Of a DNA stretch of 64,000 nucleotides, positions 13,811 to 28,395 are shown one piece after another (positions within the stretch are counted from its first letter, which is position 1; each line of letters opens with the position of its first letter). Under the pieces are notes generated by a model. That model did not search any database and had not been told where the DNA came from. It was given only the letters and a program-made list of their open reading frames with translations. The stretch is from Eledone cirrhosa (lineage: Eukaryota), in the NCBI GenBank assembly GCA_964016885.1, contig OZ024742.1, forward strand, positions 332,444,001 through 332,508,000, in the 5' to 3' direction. The position numbers and the translations under genes are program-made.

Positions 13811-14681
13811 ATTGTTTATATATAACTTCTACAAAGGTTCTGTCTACCGAATTTCACTGAGTGAGCATTTGCTAAAGACATTTTCCCATGCAAATGAAAC
13901 CATAACCGCAGGTTGCCAAATGAACTCTTTAACCGCACAGACATATATACATACACTTCCCTTGTTCTATTCACCGCAAACACAAACACACAGACATATT
14001 CACTCACACTTATATGTTATGTGCCTCTCTCTCCTTCTCGCTTTCCGTCTCTCTCCATCTCTCTCTCTCTCTTACTTTCTCACTTTTTCTCTCACTATAT
14101 AGGGGGGGGGCTGTATGTGTATATGTGTGTGTGTGTGTTTGTATGTATCTACATATGAAAAAATATGTGTAAATTTGAAGAAAGCTGAATATAATGGGAG
14201 TATAGAGTGTACCGGGAAAATAACTGAGTAAATGATTTAAGAAACATATGACTTTTTTGCGAGAAATAGGTAAAATTTCTACTACATGAAAACAAACAAA
14301 TGTAATGTGAAAAGTGGAGAGTGAAATGTCAGGAAGAACTATGCTGTGTCTGACCGCCATCTATTAGAACCATGATTGTTCTGGGTTTTGTTTATCTCAT
14401 GATCTGCCTGCTCATAAAATTAACGTGCAGTTGACTAGGTATTCTCTAGACATTATATAGAGAGATTTGGCATGACGGTTTGTGGTAAGGCCATCCCTTT
14501 AAATTACAAATTCAACATCTGAGTATATTGGAATAACGTGAAATAAAGTTTCGTTCTCAAGGATACAGTACGCCACCAAGTGTATATTTCACACAATAAA
14601 TATATTTTTTCAACTGTAGATAGTATTCTTATGTAAGATATTAAATATTTCTAACATAAACGTTTTTATTATCTAATATAA

Positions 14682-14800
14682 TAATTGTTTCTAGTTTTGG
14701 CACAAGGCCAGCTATTAACCAGTGTATTACTGGTACTTTATTTTTATCAACCCCATAAGGATGAAAGGCAAAGTTAACCTCGGCGGGATTTGAACTCAGA
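14682..14800 (-). mobile_element. SINE family A, 5'-truncated
   Basis: Matches the family A body and tail. Confidence 0.85.
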
Positions 14801-14849
14801 ATGGCAAAATGATAAAGGATTTATTGTTGTTATTGTCCTTGGTATATAT

Positions 14850-15060
14850 ATACAACGAACTTATCACTTCTTTGGAAATGCGCCTATCTCTTCAATTTTG
14901 TAATTAGCGCCAGTGAACACTTATGTGTCTCTTCAGGCCAGCTACATTTTTGAAGAAATTTTGCATGTGACAAACAAACGACTTCTCGTCGCTTTTAACA
15001 TTAATCAGGCTTTGTGTACTCTCATATAACGTGCCAGTCCTGTTGCAGACAGGTTCATAC
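14850..15060 (-). mobile_element. LINE 3'-end relic with C2H2-like zinc finger (RTE-like)
   Basis: FVCHMQNFFKNVAGLKRHISVH resembles CSVCTRVFKSLAGLKLH at 26205-26256. Confidence 0.45.
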
Positions 15061-15699
15061 GCAAAGTCTATATAAGCTATATCATTTGTTTGTCTCAATT
15101 CTCTTGTCTGTGACATTTTAATCTATATATGAGAATTTTCATATTTATATGTTCATTTAATTGTATGTACGTGTGTGTTTTTGTGGTAACCTTTTTGGAA
15201 GGCAGGGAAAGAGAATTCGAACCTATGGGTAGGTAACGGAAGTACCACAAATTATTGGTTCTGAGAAGGAAGCCAGATGAAATGAAAAAATCTTAACTGA
15301 GAAAGATAATTACAAAAAGAAACAAAACTCAAATAGACAGAAACCACGTGATTGCCATATTCAAATATGTGTGAAATTGTATGACATACAAGAAGCAATA
15401 AAATTGGATCCTGTCCAATTGTTTGTATATACACTAGAGAATTATTTCAAAGGCCTCCGTGGAGGTATTCATTATGACACGAAGAACATGCGAAAATATA
15501 GATGTAAAACTAGATTGTCATAGTTTTTATTGCTCTCATTTCACGTCGTGTTTCTTTTAAGTGTAAAACAAAGGTACAAAGAAATAATAAAACAGTCACG
15601 ATAAGGGTATCGAGTGCTAAGGTAAAAATTAGTTGGACAAAATTGCTTTTACATATGCACATTCAATAACACGTCTTTCTAAATGTTAGTTGAATAATA

Positions 15700-15878
15700 A
15701 TAATAATTGTTTCTACTTTTGGCACATGACCAGCAAATATCCCAGTGCATTACTGGTACTTTATTTTATCGACCCCGTAAGGATGAAAGGTAAAGTTAAC
15801 CTCGGCGAGATTTGAACTCAGACCGCAAATGACTACAACTTTATGCTGCAAAGCCTGGCGTCCGACTCTCTACCGATA
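15700..15878 (-). mobile_element. SINE family A
   Basis: Matches family A, with an (AAT)n tail. Confidence 0.85.
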
Positions 15879-15934
15879 ACAATAATAATAATTGTTTCTA
15901 TTTTAGGCAAAAGGCCAGCTATTTGAAAAAGTTT

Positions 15935-17260
15935 CGAAATCAACAGAAACAATAAATGTATGAATGAATTCTCAACAAGAAAATTCCCCAATAGGGGAGA
16001 AGACCAACTAGGACAATTGGCGCCATAACCCAGCACAATGTCCCAGATCACTCTATAGTATATGAGGCTTTGCAAATGATTATCTCCGTCTCTTTACCTC
16101 CTATCTTAGAAAAACATAGTCTGATTAGGCTCAAATCTTCGTCAATCTCATCGTTCTAACTAATCCATTGTGAAACATTGGAAATGGCACAATCTGTTTC
16201 TCAACCTTCAGTTTCCTCTTCAAATGTTCATAAGAGAAATTAAATTCGTCTTGGAAAGTTTTTGTCCTCAAATCACTCAATCATGTTCAGGCCAGTTTCC
16301 TTTACCATTGTCAATATGCAGAGGAAAACCGTTCGGTACAATCTAACAAATCCGTAATGTTCAGATACTGAATAATAGAGTACCGGAAATTTTCATTGAA
16401 CTGCGCACATCTTGGTGATGTTAGGTTTTTGATATTTCCTTATCTGCAGTGCATGGTTCGAACAGGCAATGGTTACTTGCAGCTCTGCAAATCGGACAAT
16501 TATATATTATTCATTGTTCTCGTTGAATTGACAGCATTCTCAAACAGTCGGAGTGTCACCGTCGAAATTGTAACTAATTTCTTTACTAACTCTCTCTAGA
16601 AAGCAAGCACTGTTTTCTGATCTTTGATGATTTTCTCAAGTTGTTGGAATACCTAGGGCTTTGTAAATTCTAGATAGCCACCCTCTCCTTGCACTTGGGT
16701 TATGACTGCAGATCAGCTAAGCCTGACGAACAGCGAAAAACCTGTCTAATTGAGGCGCCCACACAACTTTGCAGTCACCGATATTGTTGTGGTAACTGAG
16801 GTAATTGTGCAGGAGTGCCAGTCCACTGTGTTTCATTTGTTGAATCGTGGGCTTTTTGCCACGCTGCAAGTCCGCTATCCGGGCCTACTTAACGGCTTTG
16901 AAAGCTTCGTGTTTACATGTATATCTCCTAGCACCGAAAATACATCCTTCGTGTTTTGCATTGACCAACATATAGAAGGCCATCTCTCCGTTAGCACCTC
17001 AATTACGATCTCTCAACTATTAATCTCTTCAGAACGATTCCCTAGCTCTCTCGCTACCCTACCGTTATCACTAGCTATTACTTTATTGAAGCTAACTTTT
17101 GGAAGTTTAATTCTTCTCTTCGATGAAATTCACCAACTGTTGTCAGTCATGGTTTTTGTCAGTTCTTTCATAACCAGTTCGCTTTAATTGTGCCGGAAAC
17201 AGCCGTTTACCTTCCGTGAGCAGATACCAGTCTAATGTTATGTTTTATATTCACTGTACA
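15935..17260 (-). mobile_element. Old, internally deleted L1/Tx1-like relic
   Basis: Minus-strand aatgcaaaacacgaaggatgt...aaacacgaag...aaagccgt...ggcccgg...cgtggcaa aligns with 8575-8700. 16200-16330 aligns with 10525-10670, and 15975-16000 with the 3' UTR motif CCCCTATTGGGGAATTTT. Confidence 0.75.
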
Positions 17261-17935
17261 AGTCATGTGTTTGTGAACTGCCTTGCCAACTATAAAATGT
17301 TGTTAGCAACTTACACAAACTCTATCTTCTAACCTAATTAAAATTCAATCTTCGAACAATCTAGACGAGCCAATGTCCGAGAACATATTAGGGCTTCTGA
17401 AAAATGAAAGCGAAACCTGTCAGAGATTATAGGAGATTGCTGAGACATGGATTTCTTTTTTTTTCTCAGAAGTTACATATTTTGTGTAATATACGAAGCA
17501 CCTGGTGATACAAGATTGAGAGAAATTTATAAGTAATTCCAAATTCCTAGTGTCAATGCTCAGATTGTAATACGCTGACACGTATCTATTTATCAGCGAA
17601 AGTTTTCACCATCTATATTTTTTCTCACTCTTGTAATACGAAATAAAGAAAACAAAATTCTATTAACTTTCTTTATTTATGATTGCCATTCATAATTATT
17701 TATATTCAACATACATATGAATTCTTACAAGATATCACATTTGTTTATTCAAAGTTTGATTCTGAATATATACGGAATACAGCTGTGATGAATCGATTCG
17801 AATTTTTCTCTTCTACTTTTTCCTTTCCTAGCTGTGTAAATACGTTAAGATTGAAACTTTTTTGTTATAACTCCTAAACCTTTATGCTTATATGTATATA
17901 TACCTATGTATATACATAGGTATATATACACACAC

Positions 17936-17984
<49 letters not shown>

Positions 17985-17988
<4 letters not shown>

Positions 17989-18117
17989 GATAAATCTACC
18001 AAGAGTTTACGGTAGTGTCCAATCCGTATGAAGAACTCAATGTATTCCGGATATCATGGAAAGAAGAGATGCAATGAAAAACGACTTTCGGTGAAAGATA
18101 AACGGTATACAGAGTCA

Positions 18118-18122
<5 letters not shown>
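17985..18122 (-). repeat. Inverted copy of a pLTR tail
   Basis: Diverged reverse complement of 27260-27395, bounded by (TA)n. Confidence 0.85.
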
Positions 18123-18163
<41 letters not shown>

Positions 18164-18285
18164 CTTTATTATTATAATATAACTTATGTGTATGTATGTA
18201 TAAGGGAGGTTGTGTACGTGTTTATAATATGTGTATATATAAGTGTAATTAATGTATATATATATATATGCATGTCTGTTTTTTA

Positions 18286-18328
<43 letters not shown>

Positions 18329-18437
18329 GTGTGTATATATATATATATATATATGTGGGTGTTTGTATGTGTATTTATGGTGATATGAGTGTGTGGATAT
18401 CTATGTGTATGTATATATATATATATGTATGAGTGTA

Positions 18438-18479
<42 letters not shown>

Positions 18480-18791
18480 TGTATATATATATAGGTATAT
18501 ATATATGTGTATGTATGTGTCTCTATATATATATCTCTATTAATGCGTGTGTGTATGTATATACATATGCCTTTTTATTATTATTTTTATTTGTATGTCT
18601 GCGTTAGATGAGGTTGTAGTTTTTTTTATGTATATATGCATATATAGATGCGTATGTATTTGTATATATGAGTATAAGTAAGTGCATAAGTATGTATGAT
18701 TATATATCTAATTCTATGTATGAATATACATGTATATATATATGTGTGTATGTAAGTTGTGTGTGTATGTATCTACATGTCTATGTGTGTG

Positions 18792-18822
<31 letters not shown>

Positions 18823-18899
18823 GTATATCGATGTGCGTATATGTATGTACATGTATGTACATGTATGTGTGTATGTATGTGTATGTATATTTAGATGTA

Positions 18900-18963
<64 letters not shown>

Positions 18964-19772
18964 AATATATATATAGATATATATCTTTATTATTTATTTT
19001 TATATATATGTGTATGTGTGTATGTGTTGCGTGTGTGTGTGTGTGTGTATATATATATCTTTATATATGTGTATGTGTATGTTTGTGTAAGTGAATGTGT
19101 GTGTATGACTGTATATGTATGTGTGTATGTGTGTATGCGTAAATATTTCTATGTGTGCGTACATGTATGTATGTGTATATATCTGTATGTGTATGTATAT
19201 TATATTATATTTATTATATTTTATTGTTTTATTTTTTTATTTTTCTTAATTTATAGATACATTTATATTAGACAGTTTGCTCAGACAGTTGAATACTGAC
19301 CCCTCCCCCCCCCTCCCACCTAATTTCTGTATCTTGATCTAGAAATGTGTGTGCCAGTGTTTTATGTGAGTGTATTAATATCCTTGTGCTTATGATTTTA
19401 TATCCACATATATAAATGTGAGTGGGGGTGTGTGTGTGTTTGTATGTTCGTGGTTATGTGTATATTTATGCATATACGCGCGTGTATGTGTGATTGTACT
19501 GATATGTGTGAGTATGAAAAAATATATTTATATACTTGATTTCATAAGTATCTTATCTGCGCATGGTAAGCTCACAGAGACATTAACCTTGAAATTTCGT
19601 ATTTGCATCCATCATTTTAGTATGCGTATACAAATTATACATACATTTTTGTAAAATATGTGTAAGGGTTTTACATGTATATACACACACCGAACTGCAT
19701 TTAACCCTTTATGTTTTCATTGGTCAATTTTGAACTGAAATTTTGAATTGTTGTTATTATCAATAAATATAC

Positions 19773-19927
19773 TTCATTATTTCTGAAGACGGCGTATATA
19801 TGTGTTTGGTATGTATATTTAATCTTGATAATTTGTATAATTTTGTATAATTTTGTACATAGATCTGTTGAATATGCATACCAATTATAACACATATATA
19901 TCCTAGAAACGATCGTTAAATAATGAA
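19773..19927 (+). ncRNA. Type-I hammerhead ribozyme with very long stem II
   Basis: TTCATTATTT-CTGAAGA-(~115-nt fold-back)-GAAAC-GATC-GTT-AAATAATGAA, with a 10-bp stem I and a palindromic stem III. Confidence 0.8.
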
Positions 19928-19972
19928 CTTTTTTTGTTTAATATAAGGAATTGTTTGTTCATTATTTGTTTA

Positions 19973-20013
<41 letters not shown>

Positions 20014-20057
20014 CAAGTATGTTTTGAAACAGTGAGCGAGTTTGAAATTAGAAAATG

Positions 20058-20379
<322 letters not shown>

Positions 20380-20394
20380 CATATATATATATAC

Positions 20395-20752
<358 letters not shown>

Positions 20753-20808
20753 ACACACATATATATATATATATTTGTGTGTGTGTATATATACCTATGT
20801 ATATACAT

Positions 20809-20908
<100 letters not shown>

Positions 20909-21814
20909 ATATATAATTGAAAAAAGTGGTAAATAACATGGTCAACAGTACAAAAAAGGGCATTTATTTGCAGCCTAACAATTGCTTCACTGATAGAGTT
21001 GTCTGAAAATTGCTGAACACTAAAAGCAGTGCCACTCAATTTTAAATATGATGTTAACACCATTAGATCTTCAGAAACTGTTAAAAATATATATGTAACC
21101 GGCAAATTTACAAATTCAAATTACATCATCAATAATAATATTAATAATATTAATTAATAATATTAATAATAAAGATATAGAGAGAAAAAGAGGAAGAAGG
21201 GGAGATAGATTCAGTAAAGAAAGGAAAGAAAGTAGAAAGAAGAAGAAGAAAAAAGAAAAAGAGAAAAAAGAAAAAGAAGAAGAAAAGGAGAAATTATTAT
21301 AGATAGAAATATAAAGAGACGAAGATATATAGAAGATGATGGTAGATAGAGGAGAGACAAACACAAGTAAAAATAACGTATGATAGAAAGACGAATAGAG
21401 GGACAAATACATGAATAAACGTTAATACATCAATAAATGTAAATAAAAATTAAAATAGATATATAAAAAATATATGAAAAAATAGTGGAAATATGATAAT
21501 GTAAAATATATTTATGTGTGTATTGGTTATTTTAATAAATAAATAAATTAATTAGTTTTAAATTATATTATATAATAAAATAAAATGACAGAAAGGAAAT
21601 AAATTTATGGAGAGTAATATAAAGATAAAGAGTGAAAAATAGAGATATATAAAATAAGAATGTAAATATAAGAGGTTTTGATGTTGTTCTTTGATAGATG
21701 ATGACAATTATAATTATAATTATAATTATAATGATGATGATGTTGATAATGTGATATCATAATAGATCCAAGTGGTACAATCTGGGTTATGGAATAGATA
21801 AGATGGAATTAAGC

Positions 21815-22345
21815 TGGTCTAAAGTTGTCAAATTTAGTCGCCGATTTATGTCGACAAAACATTTTTTTTTCAATTTTACTATTAAGAAGAATTTTGCTGT
21901 AAATTAAAATTTGGAAAAGTTCCATATTACAGAGACTACAGTGGGACATACCAATTTGATAGCTTTGTCCAGGTGATTTTATATTCTATGTTTGCATCTT
22001 TGAGTTGCCAGATTTTATTAGCGAGAGTCATTGTCGTTGAGAGATTCCTGTTAGTCATAGAATGTCTATGTACGTAGCACCTTTTCTTAAACTCTCCAGC
22101 TGTGGGACCAATGTAATGCCATGCTAAGCTAGTTGAATTTATAGTACATAGGTATACTATATTTTTCTCTGGGCATCTATTTTGTAAAGGGCATCTGTTA
22201 GGTAGATGGCAGTTACATTATATGCTTTTCTATGCGCCGGTTCTTCTATATGGTTTTGTAGGTTGCTATGTATGGGCTGAGAATGGGTTTGTTGATGTAT
22301 TGTGGTGATGTGGTTTGATGTGTGTTTGGTTGTGATGATGTTATA
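21815..22345 (-). pseudogene. Penelope-like element GIY-YIG endonuclease relic (absent from the ORF track)
   Basis: Manual translation gives CNCHLPNRCPLQNRCPEKNIVYLCTI...HYIGPTAGEFKKRCYVHRHSM...TLANKIWQLKDANIEYKITW...CSLCNMELFQIL...LLN...FCRHK. Confidence 0.9.
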
Positions 22346-22412
22346 TGCTTATGTATATTTATATACGATGTATATATATGCTTATGTATATATATATATA
22401 TGGTGTTATATG

Positions 22413-22500
<88 letters not shown>

Positions 22501-23926
22501 CGTGTATAGCGGAACATTACATAAATATAATATACAAATTTCTATCCTCAATTCATTTTTTTTTCTCTTACACTCCTAACATGGGGTAGCTCATACTTCC
22601 TTGTTCTAAGTATAGCCTAGTCCTTTGCAGGAAGAAAAAGATAAGAGCGAGTGAGAGAGAGAAAGAGGTATATAGGAAAATTGAGCGCAGTATTTAACTT
22701 ATGCTTTATTTATTGACCTGGAAATAATATAAGGCGAAGTTGAACTTGGCGTAATTTGAACGCAGAGCACTGATATTCGGAACGAATACTGCGAGGCGTT
22801 CTACTCGACATTCCTGCATACCCCCACCCTCATTTCAAGACTTCTATTAATTTTCTTGGTTCTTCAAACTTTACTCAGCTGATCCTGCTTGGAAAAGGCT
22901 AGTCTCGTTTTTCCAATTCATATTTATTCTATTAATAACAACATAAAAGGTTAAAATAAACTCCCCGTTATTATATACAAGGTGGCGATTTAGCAGAGAC
23001 ATCATCTGCGCACTTTGCGTTTCATGCATTCGGAATCGATAAATAATGAACAAATTGCACGTAGCGTTGTATTGGCGAATTGTTGAAGTGTCGAACCGGT
23101 ATTCTTTGGAATATCGGAACCAGTTCAGTGGTTTTATTTCTTTCTGATGGGATTTTCATTCAAAAGTTACTATCAGCAATAGGAAAACCAAAAGAAACAT
23201 ACCTTCCTTATCCTATGTGGCAATCAGTTCCTTTCCTTTCCATTTTTGTTTTATTTTTTATTTTTGCAAAATACTGCATTATGTTATAGAATACACAAAT
23301 AAATAACATTATACACAAACAAATTTCAATTAGTAGTATCATTTAAGTTATATGCCAAATATTATTAAATAAATTTTATTAAATAAATTATTATTAAATC
23401 TCATGAGATTTTTCGGTATGTTAACAAGATGTTTTCATCAGTCTTAGAAGCCATATTTTCATGTTCCACGAAAGAAATTGTGAGACATTGTTAACGTTCT
23501 TAATCACAAAATAATATTCCTGCATGGTGAAGGAGCGTAGCTTAGTGATTAGCCTTTTCAGCAAACAATCATAAACCACGTGTTTTATACCTCTACCGAG
23601 ATGCAAGGCACTTTGTTATACGTGTCACCATTTTATTCAACTTAGCGGGAAGAAAATCAGTTGCGTCGATATTGGTGCGAAGCTGTACCAGCCTTGCCTT
23701 TTATTGGTCAACATGTGTATCGTAGAGAAAGGAGATTGATTTGCATCTGTGGCTGTTGATCTTACGCACACAGACACATCCCCCTCCCCCCACATATATA
23801 TATATATAAACAGAGAGCGAGGGAAGAGAGAGAAAAATTGATAATAGCGTACACACACAGACACACACAGACACACACGGACACTGACAGACATACAGAC
23901 ACACACCACACACACATATGTATATA

Positions 23927-24017
<91 letters not shown>

Positions 24018-24212
24018 ATAAATATACATATATATAAGGTTGAGATTAAATTTGGCGATATTTGGCTGCGCTTTCGAGCGACAGGCCTACACGCCGTCAA
24101 CAGCCAATCACATTCTTTCCAACTTGACCACGGCCATAGTGTGATTCTTACCCATTTTTGAATCCAATTTTGGCGCGATCGGCTTGGAATACTAAGTGTC
24201 TATTTTTGAGTT

Positions 24213-24292
24213 TATCTCCTGATGATTCCGAACTCAATGGATTTTCTATTAGTAGGATATCTAAAAATACGGATGAAACCATGGTAGGGATG
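24213..24292 (+). ncRNA. Type-I hammerhead ribozyme
   Basis: TATCTC-CTGATGA-t-TCCG...CGGA-t-GAAAC-CATG-GTA-GGGATG, in a ~540-bp island between (TA)n tracts. Confidence 0.8.
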
Positions 24293-24576
24293 GTTACGGT
24301 ATGTACACAGTTCTTCTATGTTTGATTTTGCACCGAATTGCATATGGTTAATTATGTACGTGGTCAATTTATGCATGCTGTCGAAATGTTGGATAAATAA
24401 CCTGCTGTGGATATCGCGAAGAAGCCACTCTCGTTTATTTGTCGGAGATTTCTTCATAGGAGCTTTTATCCTTATGGCTTAGTATAATTGATTTTTTATA
24501 TGGTTGATTGTGCTGTTTGGCAGAGGAAATGGAGTATATATTTTGTTTATCTAATAATTCTGTAGACATGATTTAT

Positions 24577-24624
<48 letters not shown>

Positions 24625-24654
24625 TCATATATATATAAATACACACACACACAT

Positions 24655-24715
<61 letters not shown>

Positions 24716-24722
<7 letters not shown>

Positions 24723-24761
24723 AATTTGATATGTTGAATATATATATATTTATATATATGT

Positions 24762-24798
<37 letters not shown>

Positions 24799-24829
24799 TA
24801 TATATATTCAACATATCAAATTTATTATA
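24716..24829. repeat. 27-bp inverted repeat around (TA)n
   Basis: tataataaatttgatatgttgaatata pairs with tatattcaacatatcaaatttattata. Confidence 0.85.
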
Positions 24830-25762
24830 GCCGATATACGCTAGAGATATTGGAAGATTGTATTATCGGAATGTCGACTTGTGTCAAATAGGGAGGTAGT
24901 TCGTACGTAACATTATGAATATTTGTCTAGGAAAACGAGAAATAGCGAAATGAAATCTAACAAAATCAACTTAGATTATTATTTCTATTCAGTAGTCTGT
25001 TTTCCTATTTGACTGGGAAGAATGTATAATTACATCATTCCAGTGACCATATTGCAAACAGTAAAGCAACACCAAGAAATAAACGAAGAAATTTAAGTAA
25101 AGTTAACAGTTTTTTGTGTTTTTGACTGGCTCAAATGACTTTTCCACAATGTAATTTCTTCAGCAAAAAACACATGGTCACAGATCAAGTCACTTGTCAG
25201 ATAAGTACAGCTCCGAAACAATATGGGATTCATGGATTTTTTGTCATCTTACTTTTATATTCTAATATTTCGTTGTCGATTTAAGAATATGTATCAAGGT
25301 AAAAACAAATAAATTTTGGACAAGCACTCAGTTCAAGTGTATAAGTATATAAATCTAAGGATATCCTATTAAATAAGCGACAGGAATTAATAATATCGTG
25401 TAATCATAAACTGAGAAAAACCTTTAAATATTATAAACCTAATTAATATACACTTTAGAAATTAATATATAAACTGTTTTTAATTTAGTTAACCTATAAT
25501 TAATATTCTACTACTGATGAACCACATAATTTTACTTTCCTTCTTACAACTATCATTTCCTAAAACTGATACCATTAAGTTAACATATATAATGCCTTAA
25601 CTTCAGGTTATGACTCTATGTTCCTTGAAATCTCTATATATTTATTATTTCTCACTAATAAATTTAATTCCCCCCTCCCCAATAATTATATGTATATGTA
25701 ACTATGTATGTGTGTATATGTATGTGTATGTATGTATGGATATATGTGTGTATATATATATA

Positions 25763-25816
<54 letters not shown>

Positions 25817-25822
25817 TGTATA

Positions 25823-25869
<47 letters not shown>

Positions 25870-25871
<2 letters not shown>

Positions 25872-26340
25872 AAAACCTGTCAAAGGGCAAAGGAGCTCTT
25901 AAGAGTCAAGGGCCATCAAACATCACTGGGACAGATGACCCCTTAGCCTTTGACAAGGCAGAATTCTAGGAGAAGGAAAACTCTGATATAACACCTGCAA
26001 CCCTGATGGTATCCAATGATGTTGACTTGTTCTTCTTTTTGGTAAATATCATCTTGGTTAAGAGAGTGGGACTGGCTTTGTGCAGTGCCTTTGCTCACTA
26101 TAAAAGCTTCACGGCACAGGCATTGCTTTGTATCTGGAGATCTCTCTGCACTTGTCGTCACATGGTACCATGGGCCTAGCACTATGTGTCAATAATTGTC
26201 ACAGGTGTAGTGTTTGTACCAGAGTTTTCAAGTCGCTGGCTGGACTAAAGTTACATTCGTTCAGCGCATCGGTAGGAGTTCTCCTACATGGATATAAAGT
26301 AGTGGCCGTACTCGAAAACGAGTTGGCAGCCACCATCTAT
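25870..26340 (+). mobile_element. Short non-autonomous RTE-like derivative
   Basis: An RTE 5'-UTR-like motif CTAGGAGAAGGAAAACTCTG is joined to a C2H2-like 3' end (CSVCTRVFKSLAGLKLH); the unit is flanked by (TA)n. Confidence 0.5.
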
Positions 26341-26626
26341 ATATATATATATATATAGGTATATATATATTATTTTTATATTCTTTTAATTTCCCCTCAT
26401 CTTTAACAACACTCTTCAACTGCATCTAACTCTTATTTATCATATCTATATGCATTAGTATAATTTTATCAATATAAATATACCCATCAATTAAATTAAT
26501 TTAAATTATTTTCATAGATGTATTTTTTCACTAACACTCTTATCATAAAATGTTAGTCTCCTTAGATATTTGCATTGCCATTACTGGTTTATAACAGCAA
26601 CTGCTCATATAACTTTTACTGACCCG

Positions 26627-27086
26627 ACCTATTTTCACCCCTAAAATAACTTTCTCATTCTTCACACTCCATTCAAAACTGAAATCTGCCTTATTCTACC
26701 CCTAAAATAAGCTTCAATTACTACTATTTTACCATTTGGCCAATTATTAACTTTCTATTGGTTAATTCTAAACCTCTTACCAAACAGACAGAATATATTA
26801 GATCTTTCTTGGTTTTATTCAATGAACAAATATAATTATTTCTGAGGTCAGCATACAACCTATTTTCATCCCTAAAATAATCTTTCATTCATAATATTCT
26901 TTTCCATCCAAAACTGAAATCTACCTTCCTCTACCCATAATTTAAGGTTCTTCTACTACTATATTACTATCTTGACCCTCACTATCTCTCTATTGGTCAA
27001 TTCAAAACCTGTTCCCAAACAGACCTAATGTATTGAATCTTTGTTTTTTTCAATAAACAAATATCATTATTTCTGAAGACAGCATA
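26627..27086 (+). repeat. Diverged ~230-bp tandem duplication upstream of and into an HHR
   Basis: Both units start acctattttca.ccctaaaataa and end ttatttctga.g.cagcata. Confidence 0.8.
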
Positions 27087-27205
27087 TATATGTGTAGGTA
27101 TGTATATTCCCTCTGATAGTTTGTATAAATATTGTACATAGATCTGTAGAATATGCATACCAACTCTAACACATATATATCCTAGAAACGATCGTAAAAT
27201 GATGA
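27064..27205 (+). ncRNA. Type-I hammerhead ribozyme with long stem II (same family as 19773)
   Basis: TCATTATTT-CTGAAGA-(~105 nt)-GAAAC-GATC-GTA-AAATGATGA. Confidence 0.8.
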
Positions 27206-27391
27206 ATTTTTTTTAATATAAGGAACTGTTTCTTTGTTTATTCATTATTTTATTAATTTATCTTGACTCTGTTTTCCGTTAATTTTCACCGAAAATAGTT
27301 TTTGAATGCATCTTCTCTTTTCATGATATCCGGATTACATTGAGTTCTTCATACGGATTGGACATTACCCTAAATTTTTGGTAGATTTATC

Positions 27392-27449
<58 letters not shown>

Positions 27450-27454
27450 ATATA

Positions 27455-27489
<35 letters not shown>

Positions 27490-27533
27490 ATATATATATA
27501 AATATATATATTATATATTTTCATATTTATATA

Positions 27534-27564
<31 letters not shown>

Positions 27565-27578
27565 TTTCATATTTATAT

Positions 27579-27672
<94 letters not shown>

Positions 27673-27716
27673 CATATATATACATATATATATATATATA
27701 TACATATATATATACA

Positions 27717-27814
<98 letters not shown>

Positions 27815-28157
27815 GATATATTCATATATATATATATATATAGAGGGAGAGAGAGAGTGAGAGAGACAGAGAGATAGATTTACATATAAGAGTTTCGCGT
27901 GAAAATAATGGTTCGTGTATGCCATTTTTACTTTAACACTTCTAATTATGTAGAGTACACAATAAGGAAATGAACTGTGAGTATAGTAGTTTCAACACCC
28001 ACACACAAATGAATGCAAGTTTAATATACTTCACACAAAAACATTTAAAGATATCGATGTGAAATGTACATATATATTTATATACATACATTTACAAACA
28101 CACATATATATATATATGGGCACCGCCGAAATACGATCTCGCTGAAATTATATTTAT

Positions 28158-28237
<80 letters not shown>

Positions 28238-28334
28238 GAAAGAAATACATATTGATACTTGAATAGATCAAATAGGAAAAAATATGAACAGATAGAGAAA
28301 GGATGTTAGAGAGATGATAGATGTAATAGAAAGA

Positions 28335-28395
<61 letters not shown>

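Noticed and set aside
23395-23450. Minus-strand CTGATGA...GAAAAATCTCATGAGATTTA hammerhead-like motif
   Set aside because: A palindromic stem III is present, but stem I does not pair and stem II is not closed.
25118-25170. Minus-strand CTGAAGA...GAAA motif
   Set aside because: Stems II and III are not pairable; likely chance.
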